64,000 bases of DNA from Octopus vulgaris (Eukaryota), in assembly GCA_951406725.2 (NCBI GenBank), contig OX597815.1, forward strand, positions 172,360,001 to 172,424,000, written 5' to 3'. How positions within the stretch are numbered: the first letter of the stretch is position 1; every line of letters begins with the position of its first letter. Below, piece by piece: positions 12,500 to 27,590 of the stretch. The position numbers were made by a program, and so were the translations under genes. Below the pieces are notes generated by a model. That model searched no databases and was not told the origin of the DNA. It was given only the letters and a program-made list of their open reading frames with translations.

Positions 12500-13270
12500 A
12501 GAACAGAAATACAAACAAAAACAAAGCAACAAAAGAGATTAAAATACAAAGTCAATATATTATGTGTTGAAGAAAGGAAAGAGAGATCGATATTTTGGGC
12601 AATCTATCCTTTGTTAAGATATTGTGGAAAAGAAGAGGGACAAAAGAATGAAAAAAATAGGGAAAATAAAACGAATGCATTTATATGGAAAAAGTAATTT
12701 AACAATTAATGGCAGGGAGTGCAGTGCTAATGTTGGCCATAAGATGAAGGATTTGAGTAAATGACAAGTAGCTGAGCATATGTATATATGTATGTGTGTG
12801 TGTGTGTGTGTGCTCATAATAGTCTGAAAGTCAGTGAAGTTTGAATGTGAATGCATGCAATAGTAAAAAACTGAGTTGGTGAAAGGGTGTCAGTGAATAT
12901 GTGTATGTGTTTAACAGTGATGAATGTATGTGAGGCAGAGTGATGGATGTTGAGGTTGAGGTAGCAATTGGATATTGGAACATAGATAATATTGATGTAG
13001 TAGGGTATAAAAACACTTTTGAAGTGCAAACAAGACATCATAATGTATGGATGCTGGTTAAATGTGCAGAAAGGAGATGGAATGGAATGCATGTGTGGTG
13101 GTTTATCAGTTGGGAGTAGGGAATCAGAAAGCTTGTTGGCTATAAAAACCAAAGGGAGAGGCTGTGTCTAGACAGAAAATATGTTCTTGTTCATGACAGA
13201 ACTGATCCATGGGAGACCCCTGGTGTTGCATGCTTCCACAAAGGGCAAGATGAATGTGGGATTTTCCTAG
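12500..13270 (-). mobile_element. Old PLE 3' remnant
   Basis: EQEHIFCLDTASPFG resembles the GIY-YIG C-terminus EQRYIFTLQTTTPHGLN of the element at 8135; decayed hammerhead-like trace at ~12586-12620. Confidence 0.55.
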
Positions 13271-13982
13271 AAAATTACCTTTGTAATATGTGGGGAAAAT
13301 ACTCATCTTACCCTTGAACTATATGATGTACATAGATTTTTGAAAAACCAAAATAGATAATAAGACACTGGTGAAAATGTTAAATAATATACAGTGATAA
13401 ATAAAAAATAAATAGGTTGAATAACATGGGCTTCAACTATATAGAACATGCAAGTGATAGCCTGCTAATAAGAACCATTCTCAAAGCTTATAAGCATCTA
13501 TACATTATTTTCCAAGAGTACATTGGCCTGCTGTCATCCACTCAAATACCTGAATAGACAACAAACAACTTCAGGAATGAACATTTTGAATTATGTTTTT
13601 AGAATAAATGAAATGAAGTGGGTGGGGCAGGAACATAAGTAGACCTTGGTCAAACCCAGTTGCCAGTTTTTATTTTTTTATCTTTATTCTTTGTGATTCA
13701 TTTATATTGTTTTATTAATATCTATATACTTATATATTCATTAATTCACTTGTATAATTTTATGAAATTTAATATGTATATTCATTTACTTGTGTGAAAT
13801 TTAAAAAATTTAATATACTCCAATGTATTATATAACATCCTTCTACCATGTTTTTGTATAACTACTAAAGTACATTTCCATATGTCTTTATAACCCTTTT
13901 GTGACTCACCATCAAAATGTATGGATTAGATATGGAAGTAAAATAATGAGATGGTGGATCATCATCGTCGTCGTCGTCGTCG

Positions 13983-14040
<58 letters not shown>

Positions 14041-14243
14041 TATTATTAAATGGCAGAATGCCAAGCAAAATGCTTAGTGGTATTTCATCCATCTTTACAT
14101 TTTGAGTTCAAATTCTGCCAAGGTCAGCTATACCTTTCATCCTTCCAGGGTCAATAAATTAAGTAGCTGTCAAGCACTGAGGTCAATGTAATAAACCAAC
14201 CACCTCCACCAAAATTTCAGGCCTTGTGTTTATAACAGGAAGG

Positions 14244-14309
<66 letters not shown>

Positions 14310-14520
14310 TTACTTCTCTGAACTCTCAGTTTCACTTGCTCTGGTTGATTCTGTGAGAGTGGACAGCAACCTGTTGTCATAGGTCTCACAGGGTCTCTTT
14401 TCACAAATTCACAAATTATAAGCTGTGGTACCTGGATGTTAACTTTTCATGGAAGGCACTCAACACCAAAGCACCAATCTCACAATTCTAGCAGTCGCCA
14501 ATAAAGCAGTTTTTTTATAT
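14310..14520 (-). mobile_element. R4/Dong-clade LINE 3' fragment next to (TAA)n
   Basis: KKTALLATARIVRLVL resembles the R4 C-terminus; followed on - strand by (TAA)n at 14244-14308. Confidence 0.55.
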
Positions 14521-14718
14521 GAAGCCCGTCATACATACATACATACATGTATGTATGTATGTATGTATATATGTATGTATGTATGTATGTCTGTCTGTCT
14601 GTCTGTATGTATGTATGTATGTATGTATGTATGTATGTATGTATGTATGTATGTATGTATGTATGTATGTATGTGTGTGTGTGTGTGTTTACATGTCTCT
14701 GTTTGTCCCCCCACAACC

Positions 14719-14944
14719 TATTTCTTTATTACCCACAAGGGGCTAAACACAGAGGAGACAAACAAGGACAGACATAGGTATTAAGTCGATTACATCGACC
14801 CCAGTGCGTAACTGGTACTTAATTTATCGACCCCGAAAGGATGAAAGGCAAAGTCGACCTCGGCGGAATTTGAACTCACAACGTAACGCAGACGAAATAC
14901 CGCTAAGCATTTCGCCCGACGTGCTAACGTTTCTGCCAGCTCTC
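14719..14944 (-). mobile_element. Nin/Deu-domain SINE nested in a CORE-type SINE
   Basis: ctggcagaaacgttagc head, gaggtcgactttgcctttcatcctttcgggg domain; direct repeat cccccacaacc on both sides. Confidence 0.8.
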
Positions 14945-15669
14945 CCCCACAACCATCACTTGACAACCAATGTTCGCATGTTTATGCTCCCGTAACTTAG
15001 CAGTTCAGTAAAAGAGACTGATAGAATAAGTACTAGGCTTACAAAGAATAAGTCCTGGGGTTGATTTGTTCGACTAAAGGCAGAGCCGCAGTCAAATGAC
15101 TAAAACAAATAAAAGAATAAAAGAATATGTGTGTGTGTATATATATATATATATATTATTTACATATATATTGTATATATATCAAAAGGATGTGTTATAA
15201 CACTATTCCACATATACAAAAACAGCCTTACCAACAATCCAACATACCTCCATCATCAGCTGCCCCACAGATATCATTATGGTTTTGACACCTGGGCAGT
15301 ACCATTCAGTCTAGTGGTGTCAATAGTGCTAAAAGAAGTGTTGTTTAGGAATAATAAGGAGAATGGAGATTTTTCACATTCATAATTCTATTAAACAGTT
15401 ATTTACAGTAGCCTTTTCTGGACCTATGAGTATTTTAACTGCATTGACTGTACACTGTTAGATATGCATACTGAGATCATGGTCAGCACAGTTTCATCTG
15501 GGACCTTATTACTGCTGATTCAAAGTGAAACTGAAGGAATCAGCAAGCTGAATGAATAAAGTGTCTTTTAGGAGGTATGGGTACTACTTTAAATAGATGT
15601 AGGAATCTTGACCTAGGGATCACCTCCATATATTTATATAGATAGATTAGATAGATTGATAGATAGATT

Positions 15670-15702
<33 letters not shown>

Positions 15703-17809
15703 GGAGGGACAGAGGGAAGGAGGTATGTATGTATGTATGTATGTATGTATGTATGTATGTATGAAATAATCCCCGTTAATAATGGGGATTATTTCTGTTT
15801 TCAGTCCACATATTCTGTGTATCTTACTGGCATTACCTGGGTGATATACTTTAATTTTCCTGTCTGGGTAATCTGTAAATCTTACCTTATGACTTTCTGA
15901 GACCTTTTGAGGTATTTGTACTATTTTTGTTCTGTGTATATTCCATAATAATTGCATTGTTTCTAATGAATGAAACTTCCATCAATGTCATGTGTGCTCA
16001 TATATAGTTTTCACTAAAAATAGGTAAGCACACACAATATGAATAATTGTTTCTCCACATTTTCTATATATTTAAAGTTGGCGTGTGTGTGAGCACATGT
16101 GCATGCGTATGTGTTTGTGTGAGTGTGTATGTGTATATCTATCTATATATATATTTCAGTTGAACTGTGATACAAAAACAATTATTCTGTGAAAACATAT
16201 CATTACGTTTCTATTTTTCTTGCATATAAACATATACAATAAAATTATTTTCCACTTGTTTTAATTACACAATATATATAAATATACGAGAAAATTTTGA
16301 TGCATTTCCAACTTTTTCTCAATACTTTTCTTATATACATATATATGTATATATGTATGTATATGTATGTGTATGTATATATATATATGCACATATGAAT
16401 GTATGTATGTATACTTGTGTGTGTATAGCTTACACAAAAAATTAATGGAAGACCCAGATTGTGTTACTAAAAGATTTATTTAGTTAAATACATGAGAGTG
16501 ACAGCCAACTCCTGCTTTGTAGAAAGTCCACTTAACCAAAAGTCCACTTCGTTGCAGACCAGCTCCCTAGCTAGCCCACAGTGAAGTTCCTGTCAACAGT
16601 TCGTCTGTCACAAATTCTTGGGCAGTGCCCTACATGTGTCTGTATATATATATGTATGTATATGTATGTATGTATATATAGATAGATCAAGAGAGAGAGA
16701 TAGATATAGATATAAGTATAGATATGCAAGCAATGCATCCTGGTATTATGACCTACAGCCACATTGTATTATTTGTTCCTTTCTTATGGGCAGAATTGGC
16801 ACACAAGGAGTATGAAGCAAACGACTCTTCTTAATAAACATGTTTTTCAGTCATTTTCTGATGAACAACGCTGCAGTTTCTATCTACCAAATTCCAGCCA
16901 CTTGTCTGTGGCTGGCTTAAGGCTATAGGAGAAAATACTTGTGTCAAAGTTAGCAGTTCATCAAGGAGAGATCTATAAAATAAAATGCCAGATTGAAATA
17001 TGTACTAAGATCAGTATGATCAATTAAATTTTTGAAGGTGATACCCCATCATGGTGACAGTCGAAAGATTAAACCCAGTAAAATAATGTTTAAAGACTTA
17101 ATGGCTTCCAATTTAAGGGAATGGATAACTAATCACAAGATAATGATTTCAAAACTTCATATTGAACTTTCACTCTATACAATAACACTATATGTACATC
17201 TCAGTCTACTTGACTTCCAAAAATTAACAATTGTAATTTGGCATTGAATGGTTAGCAGTAAGAAAGATGTCCAGATTTCTTTAGACATTATTGCGCAAAA
17301 TATTGAGAAAAAGTACTTTTCTCACAACAAAACACACACACACACACACACTGTGGCAACTTGAGCAACTACATATAGCAGCTAAATCTCTCTTAAAACC
17401 CACCCTTTCATCAAAAGAAAGACACAGATTTACAGTATTTCAGAAAGAAAACAAAACTATGCAATGGGTCAACTACATCAGAGCTAAACAAAACACAGGC
17501 AAACATACTTCACATTAAAAGATTATCTACTATATAATTCTAATAAAGTTGATGGTATACCTTTGAAGCTTCATTCCCTGGTAAAACTCCATGTATTTTA
17601 AGGTTGTTCAAACGTGAGTTGTTGCCCTTAGCTAAAGACCTTAAAATTGTATAACCTAACCTTGTTTACGAGGTTATTTGTGTAGTAAAAAAGAGTTGTG
17701 CAAAAAATACATACTTTAATTGGTAACCAAAAGATTACTGAATCTTTTGATAATCAAATTCGGAAACTCAGCTTTGGATCTATAAAGAACATGTGCACAC
17801 ACAGACACA

Positions 17810-17841
<32 letters not shown>

Positions 17842-18257
17842 GCATGTATGTATGTATGTATGTATGTATGTATGTGATATATACATATATATATTGGTTC
17901 TTCTTATGTTGCTTTTTGATATAATTTCTAGTGAAATGCTTTACTTTTGTGTCATAAACAAAAATACTTCATTCCTGTTCTTGAGTCTTCAGCTTCTTAG
18001 CTAGTGTTGAAATATTTTCTTTAGCCATTTCTCACTTAACCCAAACTTGTTGAGTTTAGTTATGCAGGAACTTTTATTGCTAATGTTTAAGTATGCCATT
18101 TTCTGAAAATTCAAATTTTAATTTACTCTTTAGCTTCTTATGTTTTCTTTAATTGTTTTACCTTCTTTCTCACAGATATCTGCTGCTCTGATTTTTCATT
18201 TATGTTTATTGATTTCTCTAATCACTCAAAAAAATATCTGTTTTTATTCATATTCTT

Positions 18258-18468
18258 TCACTCTTTTACATGTTTCAGCCATTTGACCACAGCCATGCTG
18301 GAGTACCACCTTTTGTCAAACAAATCGATTCCAGGACTTATTCTTTGTAAGCCTAGGACTTATTCTATTGGTCTCATTTGCTGAACCACTAAGTTATGGG
18401 AACGTAAACATACCAACATTGGTTGTCAAGTGATGGTGGGAGGACAAATGCAGACATACAAATATATG

Positions 18469-18516
<48 letters not shown>

Positions 18517-18686
18517 TAGACATAGATATATGACGGGCCTCTTTAGTTTCTATCTCCCAAATCCACTCATAAGTCTTTGGTCAGCCCAAGGCTATAGTAG
18601 AAGACCCGAGGTACCACACAGTGAGACTGAACCCAGAACCATGTGGTTAGGAAGCAAGCTTCTTACCACAGAGCTATGCCTGCACC
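18258..18686 (-). mobile_element. tRNA-derived CORE-type SINE
   Basis: Reverse complement of the 3343-3745 family, full length. Confidence 0.8.
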
Positions 18687-20164
18687 TAGCCACATAGATA
18701 TTTTTTCTTCATGTAGATATTTCATAATAGTTTTCTAATTGCAGAAGGCTGCTACTCCCTATGGTCATGGTAAAAGTCATCTTTCCTGAGTTACTTTTTA
18801 GGTGATGTGTATTTTAAGGGCAGTCACTGTTATTTCACTTAGCTTCTAGTTGAGAATATTAATGCAGTTGATTCTGCCTAATTGCATAACCTCAATGAAT
18901 GACATAATTATTTGATTAACTACTGTAGGAAATTAACCAAATTTGCATATTAGGCAATAAATTATGAGATTTCTGTAAATTATTAACAAGCAGTAAGATA
19001 TTCATCACCATTACCATTTAATGTCCATGTTCTAAGCTGTCATGAGTTTCATGGTTTGACAGGATATGAGGAGTCCAAGGACAGCATCATGCTCCAGTCT
19101 CTGCTTTGGCATGGTTTCTACAGCTTGGTGCCCTCACAGCAGTGACTTTACAACATATTGCAGTTAGTTGTGTGGTAAGAAGCTTGCTTCCCAACTACAT
19201 GGTTCTGAGTTCAGTCCCACTGCATGGCACCTTGGGCAAATGTCTTCTAGTGAGTGGATTTGGTAGACAGAAACTGAAAGAAACCTGTCATGTGTCCTCT
19301 ACTACTGCATGACAACTGTTATTGGTGTGTTTATACATCCCTGTAACTTAGAGGTTCAGCAAAGGAGCCTGATAGAATAAGTACCCGGCTTAAAATAAAA
19401 CAAGTGCTGGGGGTCAATCCATTGGACTATAAATACTTCAAGGGGGTTGCCCCAGCATGGATGTGGTCTAATAACCAAAGCAAGTAAAAGAATAAAAAAA
19501 ATAAAAGAATATAACATATATACTGATAATATAATAAAATAAGAATAAACATTTTTTTTTCTACTGACAGTATGTTTTACATAAAGATAATTTACTTAAC
19601 ATCCTGTAAAAGCTTCTTTTTTTATTGAAACGCATTAGCATAAAAACCGTTTCACTTATCTCCTTTCATATATTTCAATACCCTTTGGTATTCTTCAATT
19701 ACCCAGTGGCTTTCACATTATTTAACTCATTATCCTGAAGATAACAATTATGTAGACATTATTGACTATGTTCTACTCAGTCCAAACCTTTTAAAAATTC
19801 CATTTATATATTTATTTATTCTCTCTGGAATATATTTTCTTTATATGTATTAGAATAATGTGTGTTTGAAAACAACATTTCTATTTGACTCAACCATATC
19901 CTTTTACAAATTGTATCTATAACGAAGATTTCTTTATTCAAGAAATTTATTGCACAATCAAATATAAGATAAAATTACACCAGAATCTGTATTTTGATAG
20001 TGTTCAATTCATTGAAATAGTAAAAAGAAACTGATATATTTCATTCTTTTGCTATCAATCGTTTATAAACATTTAGTGCAGACTACAGTCATTTTAATAC
20101 ATTGTGAAAATAGAGGTTTCCAGAATCCCTTTTTTACATTTCAAATCAAATGTTCAATTTGAGG

Positions 20165-20536
20165 AGACCTATTGAGTCAAGTACGTCAACATCAAAATAA
20201 AAATCAAATGGAAATTATAGTTAAGATACTTGTGCCGGTGACACACAGAATGTGGCAGATGCCAGCACCGCCTGACTGGCATCCATGTCGGTGACACGTA
20301 AAAGCATCAACTGATCATGGCCGTTTGCCAGCCTGCTCTGGCCCCTGTGCTGGTGGCACGTAAAAAACACCTACTACACTCATGGAGTGGTTGGTGTTAG
20401 GAAGGGCATCCAGCTGTAGAAACACTGCCAAATCAGACTAGAGCCTCCTGCAGCCTCCATGGCTTACCAGACCCTGGTCGAACTGTCCAACCCATGCTAG
20501 CATGGAAAGCGGACGTTAAATGATGATGATGATGAT
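20165..20536 (+). mobile_element. RTE-type 3' tail repeat
   Basis: ggaagggcatccagctgtagaa ... ggacgttaaatgatgatgat. Confidence 0.7.
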
Positions 20537-21498
20537 TTAGCAAATATTTTGCTGACTAATACTTTTCTAAGTAGTTCCAAGCAATACAGATTTTTTGCAG
20601 GATGTTTTTATTTGTATTAATTCAACAAGAACTAAAGCTTTTAAAAGCTAACCTAATACCTTAACTGTTTTTGATACTATACTTGTCCAACTTCCTCATA
20701 TTGTCTCAGAAAGTTCTGACCTATTTCTTGAAACTTTGTAAACCATAAAATGTCCTTTCACTAACCTTGACAGACACAATATCAGGTCTCTTGTGTCTAC
20801 ATCCAGAAGGTCTGGCTGTTAATGTATAATGATAGGATTTTAATCTATCATTTTAACATACTGTATCTGTGCCACTTAGAAAGCCATTTTACAGTCACTT
20901 ATCCTAGTAGAAACAGCAACCAAATCTTCTTCAAATCACACCCAACAGAAGGGGATCCCAAACTTTTTCTGACCGAAAACCCTTTTAATTCAAATATATT
21001 TTCCCATGGATCACATGGTTTTAAAAGTCAATCTACTCGACAAATTTTCAGCTCTACACATGGACCCACAGGACTTTCTTTGTGGATCCCTAGGAGTTTA
21101 TAGACTCCAGTTTTGGAGCCACTGCACAACAATCTTAAAGGAAAGATACATTACATAATGTGGTCCTAGATATATACCTGTCTGAAAAAAAAAGGTGGGA
21201 CAGTTATGGCCAGTATGTCTTTAGATCATAAATCAACTAAGTCAGGGTGACCTGACAATAACAATAACCAGATTTAGGCACTTCAAGGTTACCCTGGCTC
21301 AGTTTAGAAAAAATTATCATTTTGTAAAATATATATCACTAGTATTGATTTTAGAATCAGAGACAATCAAGAGTAGTGATTTACACCAATCAAATCAGTG
21401 CACTATAGGAAACCTTTTGTTATCTCAGCCAATGAAAAAGAAGTTTATGAATCCATATATTAAAATTTTCCCTTCACTTTGTCAAATAGAAGAGTTGT

Positions 21499-21529
<31 letters not shown>

Positions 21530-21685
21530 TCTGTCTAAATGGATTCTTGTGATATAAATGATATTGAAAGGTCTTGTAGCTGAAATAGCCTCAGCTTTCT
21601 ATCAAGTATTAATCTTCAAGAATTCTATGCATTCATTTGAATAATTTCCATCTCTGTTTTCACATAAGGTCTCTTGTTTAACGGA

Positions 21686-21735
<50 letters not shown>

Positions 21736-22374
21736 CATGTGGGTGATTTTTTTCCTTCACAACTCCTTGCGTAAACTTTGCTAAAATTTCATATTCTTCC
21801 CTTTTTTTATCATTTCTAAAATTATCATAATGTATATTGATCCCCACTCATTCATTTACTTTTGCCATTATGAATAGGGCTTTTGGATATATTTACCCTA
21901 TCTGACCCACAAGATCTAATTTATGCTTCAACCCAGCTCGCAAAGCCAAATGTGTTTGACACTTCTACTTTACAGTCACTTAGTCTGCTAGAAATAGTTA
22001 CTAAATCATACCCTACATCATGCTGTAGTATGCAGTAGTATGTTAATAGGATCTAAATCATACCCTCAAACTATACTGTACAGTCTTAAAAGAAAGACAC
22101 GTTAGATGATGACTTGGCAGCAACATTTTTTTATCATAGATCTGCTTAATTAGAGCTGACCTGGGAATGATAACAATAATCATTGTGTATCATTTTAACT
22201 TCACAGAAACTTGAAATACCATTCTTTCAGCAAAAGTCCATTAGATATTGAAGCACATTTTATCTTGGCAACATTGTTCATCTGTTTTGGCTGGATGTTT
22301 AACATTTTATATTTTACATTTTTACAAGTAACATTTCAATCAGGAGGGCAGACAGTGTCCCTTTTTTTTTAAGA

Positions 22375-22714
22375 GTAAAGACTCCCTTCAGTCATGAATG
22401 ACCATGGGATTGCACCTAGAAAGTTCCCCTCCAAGGCACAAATCTGGGCAAGATTGCTTATGGAAGACCAGCAGTCGCCCATGCATACCAGCCTCTCCCC
22501 ACCACCATGCCTCTGATGTTATCTAAGGGAAAGGCAAAGGCCAATACAGCTTGGTACCAATGACGTTGCAACTCATTTCTGCAGCTGAGTGAACTGGAAT
22601 AACATGAAATAAAGTTTCTTGCTCAAGAACGCAACACACACCTCAGCCCACTCAATCAAACTCACTACCTCATGATTGTAAGCTCAATATTCTAACCAGT
22701 GAGCGATGCACCTC
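22375..22714 (-). mobile_element. Second tRNA/CORE-type SINE family
   Basis: - strand tggttagaat..gagtttgatt head, cttgagcaagaaactttatttc core; related head at 26366-26470 (+). Confidence 0.65.
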
Positions 22715-25700
22715 AAAGAGGGATATTGGAAGGTATGCTCAAATTGGGAAGCTAATCTGAATGCCTGCAACAATATGGAATAAATGTACCCAAAGTGCAA
22801 GATGGCAGCCTAAAATCGGGTAATGAATTAAGCCTACCACTCAAACAAGCTGTAATTGGATTTGAACTCAGAAAATACAAAGAACTAGAACAGGCCTGGC
22901 CAATTAGAATTACATTGTGAGCCACTTTAATCACAGAAAGTTTTTTTGAGGGCCACTTGTATACTTTATGCACTAATAGTCAAATAATTAAATTACAGAA
23001 TCAAGAATTTTCCATACTTTTCATTTGTTTAAAATTATAAAATTATAGTCTATTGCTTTATTGCCACTTATAAATTTATTTTGAAGCAAATGTTTTACAC
23101 AAACAATTTTATTTTGAAATTAAACACAATACTTCAAGAAAATATCAAGCAAGCTGTAAGATAAAAGTCTGTGGGCCACATGCGGCCTGTGGGTTTCAGC
23201 CCTGAACAAGAACAAACATTGCTTGACATCCCATCAGATGCTCTTACAGCTCCATTAGTTCACTATTCTAGATTGTAACTTGTTTTTTATTGATCTTAAA
23301 AATATTAGGGGAAAAGTTGGCTTCAGCAAGATTTGAACTCTGAACAAAAAGGATCAGGACAATACCATGGGCCTGAACAACAACAACCATAAGTTTTTAA
23401 ATAAATCATTTTTATTGATGGAACTTAAAGTTGATAAAGTTATAACTACCATATTTTCCAGCAGACAAGTTGAATTTTCAGACCAAAATTTACAACCAAA
23501 ATAGGTAGGTAGACTTATAATCCAAGATGACTCTGGAGAACCAAAAATTTTACATGAAATGCAGTAAGATTTGGAAAGATAGTGGCAGTGTTTGAATGTT
23601 TGTTCTACATGTTTATACTATATACTATGTCAATTTGTATGTTGGAAAATAAAGCCCAAAGCTACATGTAATTTAGGAAAGAAATGATTTGAGATCAATT
23701 ACAAGTGCCTTCAGTATTTAACAAGTATTTAAAGCCAACAAGATAGCCTCCATGCAGTCACTCATCCAGCTAGAAATGATGGCAAAATCTCTCTCAAATT
23801 GTATCTTATTATTTTAAACTTAAAAACGCACATTGGGTAAAGTGGGGCATGATATACATATGAAATATGTAATGGCCAACAATCGATATGGAAGAATAAA
23901 AAGCAATGGGGATCCCACAAGAAAAATTGACAAGGTTTAAGAAAAGACATTAAATGTGAATGATTGTACAGTATCAGTGGTAGTGATGGACAAACAGTCA
24001 GGAACAAGTTTAACCCTACCACCATTTGGCAATTAGTGTTGGTTTGTTTGCATTCCCATAACTAAGTGATTTGGCAAAAGATACTGATAGAATATGTACC
24101 AGACTTAAAATAAGTAGTGAGCCGATTTGTTCAACTAAACTCTTCAAGGCATTGCCCCAGCTTGGCGGTAGTCAAATGACTGAAATAAGTAAAAAATAAA
24201 AGATACTATAATACCTTAGTCCACAACCTTTTTTGCAGTCAAAATAATTTTTCTACAAACTGGTGGATTTCACATATGACAAAACACGATAAAGTGCAAC
24301 AAATATGATTTGATTATAACAAATATATATTACATATATAATACAAAAACACCCTGTTGGTTGCAATAGTTATCATCATTACCATCATCATCATTTAACG
24401 TCTGTTTTCCATGCTGGCATGAGTTGGATGGTTTGACAGGAGCTGGCCAGCTAAAGAGCTATCCAAGCTCCAATTATGTTTTGGCATGGTTGCTATGGTT
24501 GGATGCCCTTCCTAATGCCAACAACTTTACAGATTGTGCTGGGTGCTTTTACATGGCACCAGCATGAGTGCATTTCACATAGAACCAGCACAAGTGCATT
24601 TTACAAGGCACCAGCATGAATGCATTTTACATGGCACCAGCACCTACAAGACAAAGACTTCTCAGCTGAGAGAGAGAGTGGGGGTGTGACCATAAAGGAC
24701 ATGTCTGTATGTATGTATGGTCACAATTTTACTTAGCTTGACTTGTCTTCTCAAGTATAGCAAATCACCGAAGTCTCAATCCCTTGTCATCTGCTCATTA
24801 AGACCCAACATCTGAAGATCCTTTCTCACCATTTCATCCTACATTTTTCTGGGTCTATCCTTTCCACAGGTTCTCTCCACAATTAGTCAATAAAATAGAA
24901 ATAGAATTAAGAAATTTTTTCTTTCTGTGTGGGCCAGTACCAAATGATCCACTGCCTAGTACTGGTCCATGACCCAGTGGCTGGGGTCCCTGCTAAGGAT
25001 AAAGATAAACCGATGGAGGGTCTCATCAGTAGGATAATAATAATTTCTAACAGAAGCACAAGGCCAGAAATTTGTAGGGAGCAGAGAGTTGGGGTAGGGA
25101 ATAGTTGGTTATATCAATCCCAGTATTGAACTGACACTTGGTTTTATAGTTTTCAGAAGAATGAAAAAGCAAAGTTGACTATGGCAGGATTTGAACTCAG
25201 AACACAGAGTTGTAACTAAATATACCATAGGACAACCTAACCAGTCTACCTTCCCCAATAGCTTTATAAACAATGACAATGGTGTAATAAGGCTGGTGGC
25301 TGTAGGGGTGGTAGTAGAGTTACTGGTGCTACTGCTGCTGTTGAGGATGATGATGATGATGACGACAATAACGATGACGGCGACAATGACTGTGACAACG
25401 ACAGTGATGACAACAGTTATGGTGGGGGTGATGGTGGCAGTACCAGCACAGCAGGAGGGGATGATGACTATGATGATGGTGGTGGTGGTGGTTGTGGTAG
25501 AGGTAGTCAAGAAGTAGAGGATGGCTTCAGAGTGGTACAACAATGACAGTAAGCACTGGACAAAGAGGACAGCATTAATTGCACAGCAATAGCAATAACA
25601 ACAACAATGACAACAACAACGATGATGAAGAAGGGAAGGAGGGGGTGGAGGAGAATCATCAAGAAGCTCTGTTAAGGAGGAGGACAATGAGGTGGGGGAA

Positions 25701-26104
25701 TACCATCAATGTTATTGAAACAATGACGATGACAGCAAGCATTGAAGAAAAGGTTGACTCATACTAATTTTATGATATAACATTTTTTTTTCTGCAAACA
25801 GATTTCTTTCAATTTTCAGAACCAATCATGATGATAGTGGTGATACAGTGTCTTGGTCATTGGGTTCATTTCCTAGATAATTATTCTTGTTTAAACCCTT
25901 TAGTGCTCAGATCACTCTGCCAAATGCAATACTTGTGCATTCACATTTTCAATTAATCATGCATTATCTCATATCTTTGAAATTTCAATGATGTGATTGG
26001 TTATTTTTCAGAATTACATTGTAAGGTAGGTTTGAAAGGCCAGATCTGGTCAGTTTGAACATAAAATAAATAAAATATTTGGACCAGATACAACCAGTTT
26101 AAAT

Positions 26105-26340
26105 GTTTATTTTTTTATTGCCCACAGGGGGGCTAAACATAGAAGGGACAAACAAGGACAGCCAAAGGGATTGAGTCGATTACATTGACCCCAGTGCGTA
26201 ACTGGTACTTATTTAATTGACCCTGGAAGGATGAAAGGTAAAGTCGACCTCGGCAGAATTTGAACTCAGAACATATCGGCAGACGAAATACTGCTAAGCA
26301 TTTCACCCGACATGCTAACGTTTCTGCCAGCTCGCCGCCC
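26105..26340 (-). mobile_element. Nin/Deu-domain SINE
   Basis: Same family as 14719-14944; further copies at ~58418-58630 and ~58920-59128. Confidence 0.8.
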
Positions 26341-26699
26341 TAGCCAACGGTTAAGCACATAGCTTAGTGGTTAGGGTTTTCAGCTCACAATTGTATGGTC
26401 ATGATTTCAATTCCCAGCAGCACATTGTGTCCTTGAGCAAGACACTTTATTTCACATTGCTCCACACCATTCAGGTACCAAAAGTCAGTAGTACACATAT
26501 TTCAAAGGGCCGGCTTTGTCACATTCTGTACCATGCTAAATCTCCCCAAAAACTATGTCCATGGAGTGCTCAACCACTTGCACATTAATTTCATGAGCTG
26601 TTCCATTGATCGGATTAACTGGAACCCTAGTCCTTGTAACCAACAGAAAATCAGTTTTTCTTTGTTTTCTTTTTATTACTTTTCTTTAATTTGTCAGAT

Positions 26700-27135
26700 C
26701 AAACTTGTTGGTTAGTAGTCTGAGACAACTCTGCTCCAGCAAAAATACCTAGTAAAGAGGTAGTAAGCATCTGCCAGACTTGAGAAACTATGGATCTATC
26801 CCAAAAGAAATCACATAAGCTGCTGATGGTGGTGCAGCTTTTGCTGTGGCTGTAGAGGCCCATGCAGCAGTGACAATCACACACAAGGGACCACATTTGA
26901 ACGAGCTCTCTGCCAGTACTACTGGTTTTCCTTCAGTCAAGTGTACTTTTCTCTTGTGGCAAGTTCCTGCTTTTCTTCCCCTTGTTTCATTCCTTTCGCA
27001 CTATTTATTTCTAGTGTGGGCAATCATTTTCAACCTCCCCTCATCTCAGGGCATCCATATCAAGAGACTTCATATCACATCCTTGAAATGAAGATGAGGT
27101 TATCCTCATGCTCATGGAGTATCTCTTCAATAAAG
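26700..27135 (-). mobile_element. Decayed RTE (BovB-like) LINE 3' end
   Basis: PHLHFKDV and CDCHCCMGLYSHSKSC resemble the RTE C-terminal Zn knuckle; a homologous piece lies at ~4490-4580 (+). Confidence 0.55.
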
Positions 27136-27453
27136 TGCATTCCTTCTATTCACTTCTCTTTTTTGTTACAGAACAAGATTATGGAAAGATTAAGGATTTC
27201 AAACATACATATAGTCCTTTATCTTTTGTCTTTTATTTATTTCAGTCATTGGGTGGCAGCCAAGCAGGGGCATCACTTTGATGGCTTAAGTCAAACAAAT
27301 TGATCCTAGTATTTGTTTTCTAAAGTCTATCAGTCTCTTTTGCTGAGCAACTAAGTTACAGGGATAAAGGAATAAACAAACAACACCGGTTGTCAGGCAA
27401 TGGGGAGAGACACACTCAAACCCAAACACACACACACATACATACACACACGC

Positions 27454-27536
<83 letters not shown>

Positions 27537-27550
27537 CACACACATGCATG

Positions 27551-27590
<40 letters not shown>

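Noticed and set aside
24550-24645. Short spaced repeats (gcaccagcatgagtgcatttt) resembling a CRISPR array
   Set aside because: Tandem subrepeats of the RTE 3' UTR; no unique spacers or cas genes; eukaryotic context.
25109-25767. Low-complexity ORFs
   Set aside because: Mixed trinucleotide repeats (GAT/GGT/CAA), no splice or homology support.
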